A stretch of 64,000 bases of DNA from Callorhinchus milii (GCF_018977255.1 NW_024704742.1:100380001-100444000); one strand, 5' to 3'. Positions 36,680-50,280 are shown, numbered from the stretch's first letter. Notes: generated by a model not told the origin, from the sequence alone. Numbers and translations: made by a program.

Positions 36680-38104
36680 TTTCAGCGCGAAGAGTCGGGT
36701 GTTCCAAACCAATTAGTGGAAGTCCACAGCAGATGCACACTCAAAGTGAGGCAGCACTATATTAGGGGATATTCTAACAGCATTCCTCTCTACTCTCTGT
36801 CAAGCCATAGTCACATTTCTTGGATCAGAATTTAGTAATGCTACAGAATGTTGATGTAATTTGTAGTATTTCCTAGCCGGAATTCTTAATAAGAAATGGG
36901 GACTGCTCTAGTAAATGGAATTAAGTCCCGTCAACTTGTGGGTATTCCAAACTCCTACAACTTACTTTTGGAGATGCGTTCCCAAGGACTGTTGGAATTC
37001 TAACATGTTTCCTTATTAAGGAATTAAAAAGGAAGCAAATTAAATATAACATCCTGGGAAAAAAGTAGGAAAAGTAAGGAGAAAAAAACATTTGGGTGTA
37101 ACTTACAGTATTTCTTAATAGATTCCTTATCATAGAATACAACATTATGAATTAATTATTATGATTTAACTATATTTTTCTGGCCTACTTAACTCCATGG
37201 GACAGATTATAACTTAAAATCATGTATTTATATATACTTAGGGTGTATATACTTTTTCAACCTTACTTCCAAAAACACCAATAAAAATCCGTCTTAGTTA
37301 TTGAAATGTAGCATTAAAGCAGGGCTTCTAGGGTCAATGTCTGGGACAACAATGTCTGGGTTCATGAAGTGGTCAAGGAAGCCCAGACACCTTCCACAGG
37401 GAGAGGGAGGTGCAACATTCGTGGAAACCTGGTTCCACTGAGAGATCAATAAGATAGAACACAAATGCAATAAAGAGTCAGACTAGTGAGGGGAGTAGTG
37501 TATGTACAGTAAGTGCTTGTAGCTTGTTTGTTTTTTATTCCTTAGGCTTCTTTGGACAGATTTACTCATCTGAGTGCAATTGGACTCTAAGGGCCACCAG
37601 CAGGTTCACTCATCCATTAGCAGCCCTTGTGGGTTTGATGAGCTTTTACATGTTAAAGATTGGCTTTATCAAGTGTGCCATGTAATCGCACCCACCTTCA
37701 GCCTTTGGGATTTTGGGTAGCTGAAAAATGGCTTTAGAGTTAAGAGTCTTTAATGCTAGTTTAGCAAAACAAAACCCATCTTAGCACTGCAGGAATATCT
37801 TAGTGACAAGCAAATGTTTTCCTTTTTCCAACTACTTCCATTGACCAAGCACCGTTAAAATGGTGTGCACTGATTTCTGTTGCCACAAATGTGTTCTGTA
37901 AGTGCACAAGAATTTATATCATTAACACAACATAAGTTATAATTGATGCTAATAAGATATATATATATATAATTGTCTATACTATATCATGTGTCAATAT
38001 TTGTGGATTGAAGATATATAAATCTATCTAAATACTCATTTACTATGCATGACTGTTTTCAGTACTTGAACTGCCTTCTCCAGTTATAGATTAGTTGCAA
38101 CTTT

Positions 38105-38880
38105 GATGATCAGCCTGGTTCTCTTGGTAGGACTCTTTCCTATGAGTCAGACGGTTGTAGGTTGAAACCTACATTGAAATATTTGAACTCAAAGTGTCTA
38201 TGATAACACTCCAGTGCAATGCTAGTGGTGTGCTGAATTGTTGTTGGAGAAGTCATCATTTGGATGAGATGTTAGTCCAAGGTCCCATCTGCCTGCCTGT
38301 TCCAGTACCTTGGGATGTCCTCCTGACATGAAAGGCACTATGCAAATGTAATTTTGTTGTTATTGTGGACCTTAAAGAGCCCATGGTACTATTTGAAAGG
38401 AGAAGGGAGTTTCTCCCGATGTCATAGCCAATAATCTTCCAAATAAGAATTGATCAGCCACTTCATGGCTATTTATGGAACATTGCTGTACGTAAACTGG
38501 CTGCTGCATTTATAATAATAATAATAATAATAATCCTTGCATTTGATATAGTGCTTTTCACGTCGGGAGGACGTCCCAAAGCGCTTCACAGAACACACTG
38601 TAAAGTGAATTAACTGTATATTTGTGGGCGAACGCGGCAGCCAATTGCGCACAGCAATGTCCCACAAACAGTCGTAGATTGAAAATGACCAATTTATTAT
38701 TGTTTTTGGTTTTGGAGGGATTATTATTAGGCGTGTGGAGTAAGGAAACTTGCCCAAGGTTTCGCCCTGCCTATGAAATACACAGTCACTACCCTTTACA
38801 GTATATCCTGTGAAGCACATTAAGATATCCTCCTGCAATGAAAGGTGGTATATTAAATGTGAAGATTATTCTTATTATAA
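38105..38880 (+). mobile_element. Deu-type SINE carrying a nested L2 tail (about 38308-38366) and a minus-strand young SINE (about 38512-38772)
   Basis: Head gagtcagacggttgtaggttgaaacc; body continues across both inserts. Confidence 0.8.
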
Positions 38881-40059
38881 TTTTCCCTGCTCCTGGAAGG
38901 AAGCAATCCAAGCAGGTTATTGGTTAGGCTGTAAAACATTGAAAATACACGATCAACTATTGGCAGTCATCAAGTGGAGAGAATTGCATCTCATCATAAA
39001 ACAAGAGAGCTTGGTCACTAAGAAAGGGAACTGTCATAAGATGTATTGGATATGCTGGGGTTTTGCTTTACTTACATTTTGTGGAAACAAACTTTGCAAA
39101 ACCTTTCCTCAACAAATTAAAAAGGTTGGTTAGACATTCATGACTTATGGAGGGATTGGTTTGATAGGTAAATAGATTTTTTTCATTCATTGATTTCTTA
39201 TGTTCGTAAGTCATTTCAAGCTATATGTTATATTTTGTAGTATACTATGTTGATGTTTTGGTTATATTATTTACTGGAGGCCTGTTTCTATGCCAGAAGC
39301 AGTGTCACTGTTCATAGTGACTGAGAGTACATGTTATGCATTTGATGTGATAATATTCATACTAAGAGTAAATAAATTGGCCAATATTAAAACAACAAGG
39401 GCAACAAGTTGCATTTATATAGCACCCTTCACGTAGGGTGGCATCTCAGAGTCCTTACTAATTAAATAACGCTGAACAAAAAGTAACTTAAAAGCCAAAT
39501 GAAACAAAGAAATAAAAAAAATTATGAGGAAAGAGAGTAATCAAAAAGCCAGTTGAGATTTATTAAATGGAGTCATAACATTTCTTCCTGATTTATCCCT
39601 TAAAGGACCCATCAAAGTGATTAACATTCTGTCTACTACTAACATAACTAAAAGGATCTCGCTTACTGATGTCTGCTATCTGACCTTCTTTAATCCTTTT
39701 ACTTCCTCTGAGGAAAAACTACACTATTTATGATTGTAATGTACTTTAGTATGCCTTATGTTTCGGTGCATTGGGGCATCCTTCCGATGTGAAAGGTATG
39801 ATATAAATGCAATTTGTTGTTGATCTTGTGTTATGCTTGGAATTGTATGACTCAAGTACTTCTGTATAATGGTACTTCATGGTTTGAAAACCTAAGGAAG
39901 TGCATTACATCCAAATTATAATTGTGTCTTTAAGGATAAGAATAGTGACGATGGAGCAACTTAAGTGCATGTTTTTAACTAATAGTGGCGCAATACTGGA
40001 GACATTTTCAGTAAGAAGAAGGTCATTTGGCGCATCATGTCAGTTTAATAATATTTGAT

Positions 40060-40402
40060 AATATTAATCCTTGTATTTGATATAGCACCTTGTCACGTCT
40101 AGACATCTCAAAGCGCTTCACAGAATATACTGTCAGGTGAATTGACTATGTTTTGTGGCCGAAATGTGGCAGCCAATTGCACACAACAGTGTACCACAAA
40201 CAGTCATGGTTAGTTAGTTAGTTCAAGGGATTATTACCCCCAGAAAAGCGATCTGCTAATCGGCTAACAACCGGGTTCCGGTTGTTAACAGGGGCGCGTG
40301 GAATAAGGAAACTTGCCCAACTCGTCACCCTGCCCAGGAATCGAACCCAGGTCCTCTCACTTCCGAGGCGAGTGCTCTAACCACTAAGCTACAAGACTCC
40401 AC
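40060..40402 (-). mobile_element. Long-form tRNA-derived SINE nested in a CR1 tail (about 40000-40670)
   Basis: Full head; extra segment ggaacccggttgttagccgattagcagatcgcttttc. Confidence 0.85.
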
Positions 40403-40719
40403 ATGTCCACTTGTTGGTTCTTTGAAAGAGCAATTAACTTACTCCAATTTACTTGCCTTTTCCACATACCCCTGCATAATACCCTTTTATTAGATATGAA
40501 TCTAGTTCCTTCTTGAAAGCTAGTATCTTTCTCTTCTTGACCACTGATCCTGAGAGGGCATTCCAGATCCTAACAACTTTCTGTGTAAAAAGAAATCCTC
40601 CTAATCTCTCCTTTGCTCCTTTGGTAATTATCTTAAATTGATGCCATCCAGTCATTGACTCACTGACCTATTTGCAGTATTCCCCATAAGATAAATAAAG
40701 TAAAAACAAAATGTGATTA

Positions 40720-40875
40720 CTGCAGGTGCTGGAAATCTGATACCAAAACAGAAGTGGCTGGGAACACTCAGCAGGTCAGGCAGCATCTATGGAGAAAGGA
40801 ACTCCATAGATGCTTACTCACTTTGGCTCACATTCCTTTCTCCATAGATGCTGCCTGACCTGCTGAGTGTTCCCA
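40720..40875. repeat. Palindromic repeat, Penelope-terminus/MER6-like, with a perfect 43-bp inverted repeat
   Basis: Arms 40759-40801 and 40833-40875 are exact reverse complements. Family assignment is from recall of the gatgctgcctgacctgctgag motif. Confidence 0.75.
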
Positions 40876-41054
40876 ATGTAAGGTAAGTCATGGGTAATTC
40901 ATAAAATGTTGTGGGATTTTAAATATCCACCTGAAGATCAAGCAGACTGGACCTCAGTTTAATTCAGATTAATTGATTTTATTAACCATCAACATGCCAA
41001 AATGAAACTATGTGGTCTAATTTTATTATAAATAATAATAATACTATCATTTAA

Positions 41055-41555
41055 TATAATAATAATAATCGTCCTTGCATTTGATATAGCGCTTGCATAG
41101 GAATAGACTGTAAAGTGAATTGACTGTATATTTGTGGGCGAAATGCAGCAGACAATTGGGCACAGCAGTTCCCACAAACAGTCGTGGATTGAAGTGACCA
41201 ATTTATTATTGTTTTTTTTTTCTTGAGGGATTATTATTAGGCATGTGGAGTCTTTTCATGTCAGGAGGACATCTCAAAGCGCTTCAAAGGATATACCGTA
41301 GAGTGATTGCGTGTATTTTATGGGCGAACGCAGCAGCCAATTTCGACAAATAGCCATGGAATGAGTGATTAATTTTATCTGGGGGATTATTGGCCAGGAC
41401 ACCAAGAGAAATTCCTCTTTTCAAAGAGTGCCATGGATCTTTAATATCCACTAATTAGGCAGACAGGACCTCGGTTTAATGTATCATCTGAACAACAGCG
41501 CCTCCAATAATGTAGCAAATCCCCAGCACTGCACTGGAGTGTCAGCCTGGATGCT
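41055..41555 (-). mobile_element. Partial young SINE (41055-41250) joined to a Deu-type SINE whose head resumes at about 42420-42505
   Basis: Deu body is split by the CR1 at 41575-42412. Confidence 0.8.
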
Positions 41556-41574
41556 GTCGACATAGGCGTGGACA

Positions 41575-42412
41575 TGGGCATAGACAGACTGGTAAAACGG
41601 GCAGACACGTGGCAGGTGAAATTTAACGTGGAGAAATGTGATGCATTTTGGGAGGAAAAAAGGGGAGAGGCGATATAAGCTGATGGTACAATCTTAAAGG
41701 GGGTGAAGGAACAGAGAGACCTGGGGGTTCATCTAAGTAAATCTTTGAAGATGGCAGGACAGGTAGATAAAGCTGTTAAAAACAAGTGTACGGGATACTA
41801 GGCTTTATAAATAGGGGCATAGAATACAAAAGTCAGGAAGTTATGTGAATCTTTATAAAACATTGGTTGGGTCTCAGCTAGAGTATTGTGTTCAGTTCTG
41901 GGCACCACACTTTAAGAAGGTTGTCAAGACATTGGAGAGAGTACAAAGGAGATTTACCAGAATGGTACCAGGATTGAGGGACTTCAGCTATCAGGAGAGG
42001 CTAGAGAAGCTAAGGTTATTCTCCTTGGAGCAGAGAAGATTAAGAGGAGACTCAATAGAAGTATTAAAAATTATGAGGGGATTCAATAGGGTGAACAAGG
42101 AGAAACTATTTCCACTGGCGAGTGGGTCGGTAACCCAAGGGCACCAATTTAAAACAGTTGTTAAAAGAAACAGAGGGGAGGTGCGGAGAATTTTTTAGGA
42201 TCTGGAATGCATTACCTGAAAGGGTGGTGGAAGCCAATTCGATAACACCTTTTATGAGAGACGTAGATGATTATTTGGGGAGGACAAGTTTGCAGGGCTA
42301 TGGGGAGAGAGCGGGGGAGTGGGATTTAATTGTATAGCTCTTTTCAAAGAACCGACAAAGACATGATGGGCTGAATGACCTCCTTCTGTGCTGTATAATT
42401 CTATGATTCTAT
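41575..42412 (+). mobile_element. CR1 LINE 3' fragment, relatively young
   Basis: LYKTLV..QLEYCVQFWAPH...LERVQRRFTRMVPGL...FSLEQRRLRGD; attctatg tail repeats. Confidence 0.95.
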
Positions 42413-42551
42413 GGTTCTACATGATTTCCACATCCTGACATGGGGCTTGAACCAACAACCTTCTTACTCAAAGGTGAGAATGCTATCATTGAACCAGGCT
42501 GACACATTATATTGCTGCAGTTGCCAAAACTTGCATTAAGTGTTATGTTGG

Positions 42552-42731
42552 TGGTCATTTTCAATCTACGACTGTTTGTGGGACATTGCTGTGCGCAATT
42601 GGCTGCCGCGTTCGCCCACAAATATACAGTCAATTCACTTTACAGTGTGTTCTGTGAAGCGCTTTGGGACGTCCTCCCAACGTGAAAAGCGCTATATCAA
42701 ATGCAAGGATTATTATTATTATTATTATTAT
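42552..42731 (+). mobile_element. 5'-truncated young SINE beside the exon donor
   Basis: Near-consensus 3' half; tail ends 12 nt from the exon edge at 42744. Confidence 0.93.
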
Positions 42732-42743
42732 AAGTGCCCATAC

Positions 42744-42871
42744 CTGTACTGGACAACTGTTATGTTCTGCTCCCCACAATGTCTTGCACATCGGATATAT
42801 CGCATCCAGTTTGATTTGCTGGGGTCACTGCCATCGATGAAATGTTGTAGCGATCCTTCCTGGTCATATAT
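42744..42871 (-). CDS. PRDM6: PRDM6 internal coding exon (PR/SET domain), 128 nt
   Basis: Acceptor ctttctcAG|ATA, donor TAC AG|GTATGG. Translates [42 protein letters not shown](R), with the PR-domain NWMRY..CAR..EQN motif. Phase 0 in, phase 2 out. Absent from the ORF track. Confidence 0.96.
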
Positions 42872-43981
42872 CTGAGAAAGAGGTCAAAAGTTCAACCTGT
42901 TAACAGAATCATCATCAGTGATCACTCCCTTGCAGTCCTGGTGGTGTCTCTGGGATGTCAGACCCAGAAATTTATGGCCACAGGATTTGTCACAGGCTAG
43001 TGACATTTCAGGAGTCTCTAAAATAGTTAAAGAAGGCCAAAGATGCCATAGTCTAAAACAAGTCACAGTTCATTTTGTTTAACCATTATATCAGGTTAAA
43101 GTGATAGTTAATCTACTGAAACAATAACATTGGATCTAATGTGAAAAGGCACATTCCACTGTTAAAAAGGTACAGACTACAGAGCTTTGGTTGCAAAACA
43201 CTTCTTGTTAGTAGTTTACAATCTTCCTTTTCAAATATAATCATTTTATTCCACTGAATTACAGCTGCCATGTTACAGTCTGAATTGGTCAGATTAACTT
43301 CATGTTATGTTACACAATAGCAAATACTAAAGATTATATATTAGACAGAAATTAATAAGAAAAACATGTGTGTTTAGATGGATTCAAGCAAGACTCTGGC
43401 CAGTGAGACAATACCCCCAGATTCATGCATACTCCAAACGTTGCATTTTGTCCAGAATTATTTAACTAAAGTAGACAAATTGATCTCTTAAGGGAAAAGT
43501 ACGTAGCGTATAAGTTTTAGATGGGAATGATTTGTGAATGAAATGGATAATTTGATAGACCTGTATCTTGGCAGCTTTCCTCTCCTCTAGACTCTCCGCC
43601 TATCACACCATGCATTGAGTCAAGTTGCAGATTGTCCTCTAGCCAGCCGTCTATGTATTTTATAAAAATTGTGAGCTATTTTCACAGAGATGTCGAGCAA
43701 CATGGGCACTTGGACATTTCCCGATTTCCTGAATAGCCAGTCCATCCCTGCTCCATTTGCAAACTCCAGCTCATCCTCCCTTGCATCCTCACCAACACCA
43801 AACTCAGCACTCCTATCACCCCACACCTCATCAGGCTCTACTGTCTCCCAATGGATCAACTTCAAGATCCTCACCATCACCGATAAATCCCTTCATGCTC
43901 TAGCTCCTCCATATCTCTGTGATCTTCTCATACTTCTCATCTGCTCTGCTCACCCACTCCACACAGCTAATTTAGGCTAAT

Positions 43982-44284
43982 GGTGTCCTGTAGCTCAGTG
44001 GTTAGAGTACTTGCCTCCAAGAGAGAGGACCTGGGTTTGATTCCCTGGCAGAGCGAAACATTGGGCAAGTTTCCTTACTCCACATGCCTCTGTTTACCCA
44101 GCAGTAAGTAGGAACCCGGTTGTTAGTCAATTGGTGGATCTCTTTTCCAGGGGTAATAACTCCTTTGAAATAAATAAAAAATACTTTGGTCACTCAATCC
44201 ATGACTGTTTGTGGAACACTGCTGTGTGCAATTGACTGCCATGTTTCACCCACAATATATACAGTCAATTCACTTTACAGTATA
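43982..44284 (+). mobile_element. Long-form tRNA-derived SINE, 3' end replaced by L2
   Basis: Most complete central segment: gcctctgtttacccagcagtaagtaggaacccggttgttag. Confidence 0.85.
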
Positions 44285-44810
44285 GATCATCCAGAACTCT
44301 GCAGCTCGTGTTCTCTGCCGCACTAGGCTCCCTTACCCCATCACACCAACCTTCACCCGGCTCCACTGGCTCCCCATCCCTCAGAGGATCGAGTTCAAAA
44401 TCCTCTTCCTCACTTTCAAAGACCTCCATGGCCTTGCCCCTTCCTACCTCTCTGTCCTGCTATCCCGTTATCAACCTGTCCATTCCCTCTACTCAGCAGG
44501 CTCCAGCCTGCTTCATCTCCCCCGCCAGGCTCTCTCCACCATCGCCGGTAAGGCCTTCAGTATCTCAGCTCCCCCCCTCTGCAACTCTTTCCCACATTCT
44601 CTTCGCCTCGTTCCCTCCCTTGCCTCCTTCAAGGCATGCCTCAAGACTCTCCTCTTCGACCAAGCCGTCAGCCACCCTTCTACCTTCTGTGCCCTCCACT
44701 CTCTCTGATTCCAAACCCTCAACCCCCAGCTTGGATCCTAATCCCTGACTGCTCAGCGCCTTGGAACGTCCTCCTAACTTGAAAGGCACTTTACAAATGT
44801 AATTTTGTAT
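44285..44810 (+). mobile_element. L2-clade LINE 3' fragment
   Basis: IQNSAAR...LHWLPIPQRIEFKIL and tail. An older L2 piece lies at about 43690-43975. Confidence 0.9.
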
Positions 44811-45212
44811 TATATTCTAGTGAGTCCTTGAAACTTTTGGGGCTTCACATAAAAATAGGCCTTGCTGTCCTTTTCATTCCAAAGTTCACAAAAGTTGGAA
44901 CTGAGATCGGCAACTGAATAGAGTTCCAGAGGATTGACTGCAACACATCTGGGATTTGCTTATTGTGAATCGTTTTGTGAGCCACGTTATTTTGCACTCT
45001 CAGCCAAGTTAAGGTTGAGCAGACACAGTTATCAGACCAACGATCTGAGAGTGAAGGAGCTGTTTGGAGTTGTGCTGTGAAAAATGTTGTGGCATTCTCT
45101 GACTGCCTTTAGCATGAAGAAAAACACAAATCAAATGCAGATATTTTACTGCTTTTCACCGAATGTACCCCTTTTTCAGCTCCAATTTTTCCCCTTGATT
45201 TTCTCCTGTTTC

Positions 45213-45830
45213 AACAACAACAACTTGGATTTATATAGCACCCTCCACGCCGGATGGCGTCTCAGAGCGCTTCACAGTAACGGATCCCGGGGTCCAGCCA
45301 GGGGGAGGGGGAGGAAGGTGATCAAATGCACGGTCGNAAAAAAGGTCTTCGGCAGAGACCTGAAAATGGGAAGGGAGGGAACGAGACGAAGGGAGTGAGG
45401 AAGGCAGTTCCAGAGCCTCGGGGTATAGTGGCTGAAGGCACGGCTGCCGAGGGTGGAGGACTCAGGGGACGAGGAGGAGGCCAGACCCGGAGGAACGAAG
45501 GCAACGGGTACTATTTTGAGGAGAGAGGAGGTCAGAGACGTAGGGGGGTGCAGAGGAGTTCAGGGACTTGAATACGAGGGTGAGGTTCTTGAAGTCAATC
45601 CTCTCTGGGATAAGCAGCCAGTGCAGTCTGTCAAGGACTGGGGTGATCGGGGAGCGGAGTTTTGTGCGGGTGAGAATGCGGGTGGCAGAGTTTTGAATGA
45701 TTTGGATTTTATGGATGGTAGTGGATGGGAGACCGACGAGGAGGGCGTTAGAGTAGTCCAGCCGAGAGGTGACAAAGGCATGGACCAGGGTTTCAGCGGC
45801 TTTTGGGGAGAGGTATTGGCGGAATTGTTT
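45213..45830 (-). mobile_element. L2-clade LINE 3' fragment (second subfamily)
   Basis: AAETLVHAFVTSRLDYSNALLVGLP...PITPVLDRLHWL; contains the single N at 45337. Confidence 0.92.
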
Positions 45831-46847
45831 CAACAGGAAAAGTACCTGCGTTTTTATTTTGCAGATAAAAAAAACAATTTAATTGTCCTTACCAAAAGCC
45901 ATCATAGCCAGTCATGCTTAGAAACAGATTCTAGATCAGACAGTACAGAGGGTTTTGGATCCCTCGGTCTGCTGTGCTACAATGACAACATGCCTACACT
46001 TATTGGAGCACAGAAGTTTGGGGCAAAATTGCTTTGGGCATGTACAGCACTGCATTTGGTGTGCTTTTATTTTATTCCCCTAATGTTTTTTGACAAATTT
46101 CAGAACTAACAATTCGTTAATCCAGTTATAGCAATAAAATATATGGATAGAGGTTATCATTTGAGATTTGTGGTTAACTTTTATAAATTTACTAGATATC
46201 ACTCCATTTCAAGTAACAGTCAGCTGGAATGTCCAGCAATGAAGTCAATTACTATCACAGCTGAAGCTGGGCTCTATCATCTGGGCAGATTTATGCCCTT
46301 TCACCTTTTCAAGCATGTACCCTATCATCTTTGAAGACATGTTGCCACTCTCCAACTGGAGTCTCTAACAAGTGTTCTTTACCATGTCACATAAACATTA
46401 CAACGTGTTTACATTCTACCCACTGCAAAGATAGCAGAAACCCACATTTCAACAGTGGCAGACTGCTGACACCAGCCAATACAACATCACTCACTCTACA
46501 CGTTTGTGGTTTGTCATTACAATAGAAGGTAATAGAATGGAAGGATATCATGATTTGAGATGTGCATCTGCCATGTGGACAAAACACTTAGAAATAGTTT
46601 TACTTGGTGGCGATGTTTTTAAGTCTGACCATCTACTAACCTCTTAAGCACTTATAATTACTCTAATTACTCTCAATAGTAAAGGAAAGGTCATTAGATC
46701 ATCATTAATATAAATTAAACAATGACAAAGTTGTGTTTATAGCACTGCCTAACCTATTCAATACTTAATACAAAATCCATTAAAATGAATCACATTACAT
46801 GCACAGAATATCTATGTGAAGTTAAACTATTATAAGTATTTAACAGA

Positions 46848-47162
46848 TAATAATAACAATAATAATCCTTGCATTTGATATAGCGCTTTTCACGTCTTCT
46901 AGACGTCCCAAAGCGCTTCGCAGAATATACTGTAAAGTGAATTGACTGTATATTTGTGGGCAAACGCGGCAGCCAATTGCGCACAGCAGTGTCCCACAAA
47001 CGGTCGTAGATTGAAGATGACCAATTTATTATTGTTTTTGGAGGGATTATTATTAGGCGTGTGGAGTAAGGAAACTTGCTCAAGGTTTCGCCCTGCCTGG
47101 AATTGAACTCAGGTCTCTCGCTTGCAAAGCGAGTGTTCTAACTACTGAGCTACAGGACTCCA
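46848..47162 (-). mobile_element. Full-length young SINE
   Basis: Complete reverse-complement copy. Confidence 0.95.
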
Positions 47163-47628
47163 GATATATAAATTGAACTAGGAGTTGCACAAGCAGAACA
47201 GCTGTACTGGACCTTTGTTAACAATGATTGAAAGCAATAAATGTCATAACATTTAGACTACAGACCACATAAGTAGGATGCTTGCCACCATGTGCAGCGA
47301 TTTTTGGGACAATTTCAGGACATTATTCTTTTCTCAAACAGTGAAAATCGTGCCTTGTAATAATATTAATCCTTGCATTTGATATAGCACTTTATCATAA
47401 TCATAATCCTTGTATTTGATATAGTGCCTTATAATATCTTCAAGACATCTCAAAGCACTTCACAGAATATATTGTAAAATGAATTGACTGTGTATTTTGT
47501 GGGCAAAATATAATTACTCTGAATTTGCTGCCCTGATATTAATATACAATGTTTTGATGGCTATGAAATTGAAATTCGGCATCAGTTGATCTGTGTGTGT
47601 AGCACTGTGAGAATGAGACAGTGAGAAT

Positions 47629-47955
47629 GTCCTGTAGCTCAGTGGTTAGAGCACTCGCTTTGCAAGTGAGAGACCTGAGTTCAATTCCAGGCAGAGGGCG
47701 AAACCTTGGGCAAGTTTCCTTACTCCACACGCCTAATAATAATCCCTCCAAAACAAAAAACAATAATAAATTGGTCATTTTCAATCTACGACTGTTTGTG
47801 GGACATTGCTGTGCGCAATTGGCTTCCGCGTTCGCCCACAAATATACAGTCAATTCACTTTGCAGTATGTTCTGTGAAGCGCTTTGGGACGTCCTCCCGA
47901 CGTGAAAAGCGCTATATCAAATGCAAGGATTATTATTATTATTATTATTATTATA
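47629..47955 (+). mobile_element. Near full-length young SINE
   Basis: Near-identical to the 17572 copy. Confidence 0.95.
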
Positions 47956-49544
47956 ATGTGTCTGAGAATTCTCAGCTTCATCATGAGCATCAAGTTAACC
48001 TTGGGGGCAACAGAATAGGCGCACAAATGAGAGCTGCTTGGACCAGAAATTGTAGGTTTGAATTAGTCACTTGTATTTGCATTTGATACAGTGCTTTATC
48101 ATGTCTCAAAGACGTCTCAAAGCGCTTCACATAATACATTGTAAATTGAACTGACTGTCTTTTATGGGCGAAACCTGTATAGTAGAGACAGCCCAGGATA
48201 GTCCTTGGATTTACACTTCTATTCCCTCCTCGATGGAATAATAAAATATTTACTTGAATTCTCATCTAAAATGTTAGTGTTTGAACTTCTTAAAAGGGAG
48301 ATTGGGACACAGTCCTTTAATTTCCCTACAGGAAAGTATTGTGTGGTTGAGATAATACAAATTACAATACAATACAGATTTACATTTATATAGCATTTTT
48401 CAGGAGGATATTGAGATAGCCAACATTTATCTATATACTGTAGTATGAACAAAAAGTGGTGAACTGAATTGGGAACAACAGAGATCTCTCTTGTCGAAGA
48501 AACCACTGAGTACTATTCAGCAGTAATAGCATATTAACATATTTCGCCCACAAATATATGGTAAATTCCCTTTACAGCATATTCTGTGAAGTGCTTTGAG
48601 ACGTCGAGAAGATGTGAAAAGCACCATATCAAATGCAAGGAATATTATTATTATTATATTAATTAGCCATGTTACAAGGCTGTCCAATGGTTCACATTTA
48701 TTCAGTGAGTATCTGTGAGTGTCATTCAGTTCAAATACTCTCTAAGCATTACCTCCTCAGTATTTATTGTGCATCTGCTCAATACATAACAATTTAAACC
48801 ATCACAACATGTCAACTAGCTTCTCACAATGAGTTCCTTTGAAATGTACTGGCAGCTGTGAAGAAGTGAAATGCAATCGCTAATCCACATGTGGAATCAA
48901 TGATCAATTAATTTTGTTTGCTAATGAATTGAGTTGAAGAAATAATTTTGGCCAAGAGATCAAGCAGAACATCCTCTGCTAAATGTACTTTTGGATCTTT
49001 AATATGCATCGGAACAGACAGGCGAAACTTCAGTTTAATGTCTCCTCAAAGGGTTGCACTGTCAGCAATGTTACATTCCCTTAGTACTGGACTGGTGTAT
49101 CAGCATGGATTATAAAATGAATTCCTGATTGACTGAAACTTGCAACCTTCTGATCCAACTTCCGTGACTAGATGCCTAGGCTGAGCCAAGCAACCTTAGC
49201 ATGTTGCTCGACCCTGATCTGAAATTCCATACCCAGCCCATTGCCAATACCACCTCCTGCCACCTCTGCAACAGCTGGAACACTATAAAGAGCCACTTCT
49301 TGGATAGTTATCACTCAGGATAATATTTTTGCCTGATTTGTTGGCTGTGAAGTACTTTGAGTTAAGCACAGTAAATGTTTCCATGTGTGTGTGTGTTTTA
49401 TTCTCTAATTTCCAATCAAAGCTAAAAATAAATTGTCTGTCAATTTCTATTGTTGCGTTTCATTGTTCACACCTTTGATTTCAATTAGGTTGTGCAAGAT
49501 ATATTACCAAATGGCAATACCCTGTTAAGCCTTGTTTCTCCAAC

Positions 49545-49616
49545 CTCTGTTTCTCCATCATTATTCTCTGTTTCCCCATCATTATTCTCTGTTTCCCCGT
49601 CACTATTCTGGGTTTC
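49545..49616 (+). repeat. 21-bp tandem repeat, about 3.4 copies
   Basis: ctctgtttcyccrtcaytatt repeated. Confidence 0.9.
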
Positions 49617-49699
49617 AGCACTTTTGCTGTTCTGATTGACTACTTGTCTGATAATAATTTGAACATCAAATTTATGAACTGTAATTTTCTGCAGCTTAA

Positions 49700-50280
49700 C
49701 ATCAGCAATTCTGAAGCTATTTTGTTTGGTTCTTGCCAGCACCTACATGCCATCTACCTCCCCGGCTGGTGCTCAGGCTGAGCCAGGTGCTTTGCAACCT
49801 TGGATTCTGCTTGACCCTAAACTGAGTTTAAAATTCCATGTCCAATCCAATGCCCAAACCACTTTCTCCCTCTCTAAAACACAGTGAGTCTATGCCCTTA
49901 CCTCACCCCAACTGCTGCTGAAACCTTATGTTTTTGTCTAGGCTCCGTAGCTCCTAAGAGCCACTTTCCAAAAGCTTCAATTGATCCAGAAACCTATAGT
50001 CCAAGTTCTCCCCTGAAGAACCCCACACATCGCAGAATTTCAGAGGACTGTGTTGAAATCATTGCCCAATCTTCAAACCCCTCCAGCAATGATAACCTTC
50101 TTCAGTCCTACATGCCAGACACTAATCTCCATTCTCTAACTCTCATCCATTGCTTGCTTCCACTCCTTTACTCCACCATCTGTGGCTATGGCTTCAGCTA
50201 CCTTGGCCCATTTTTCTGGACTCCGTTCTAAAAACACTTTGGCCTGCTTTTACAAACCTACTAAAAATATATCTACACTT
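49700..50280 (+). mobile_element. Highly decayed L2 fragment
   Basis: Remnants of NLG.L.D..L.F, PYLTPTAAETL and the 3' region. Confidence 0.6.

Noticed and set aside
37320..37629. Possible second hAT MITE (cagggcttcta ... tagcagcccttg)
   Set aside because: TIR match is short and imperfect and there is no TSD.
45337..45337. Single N base
   Set aside because: Assembly ambiguity inside an L2; not biological.
49485..49742. ORF with DGETENN repeats
   Set aside because: Product of a 21-bp tandem repeat; no exon evidence or known PRDM6 similarity.
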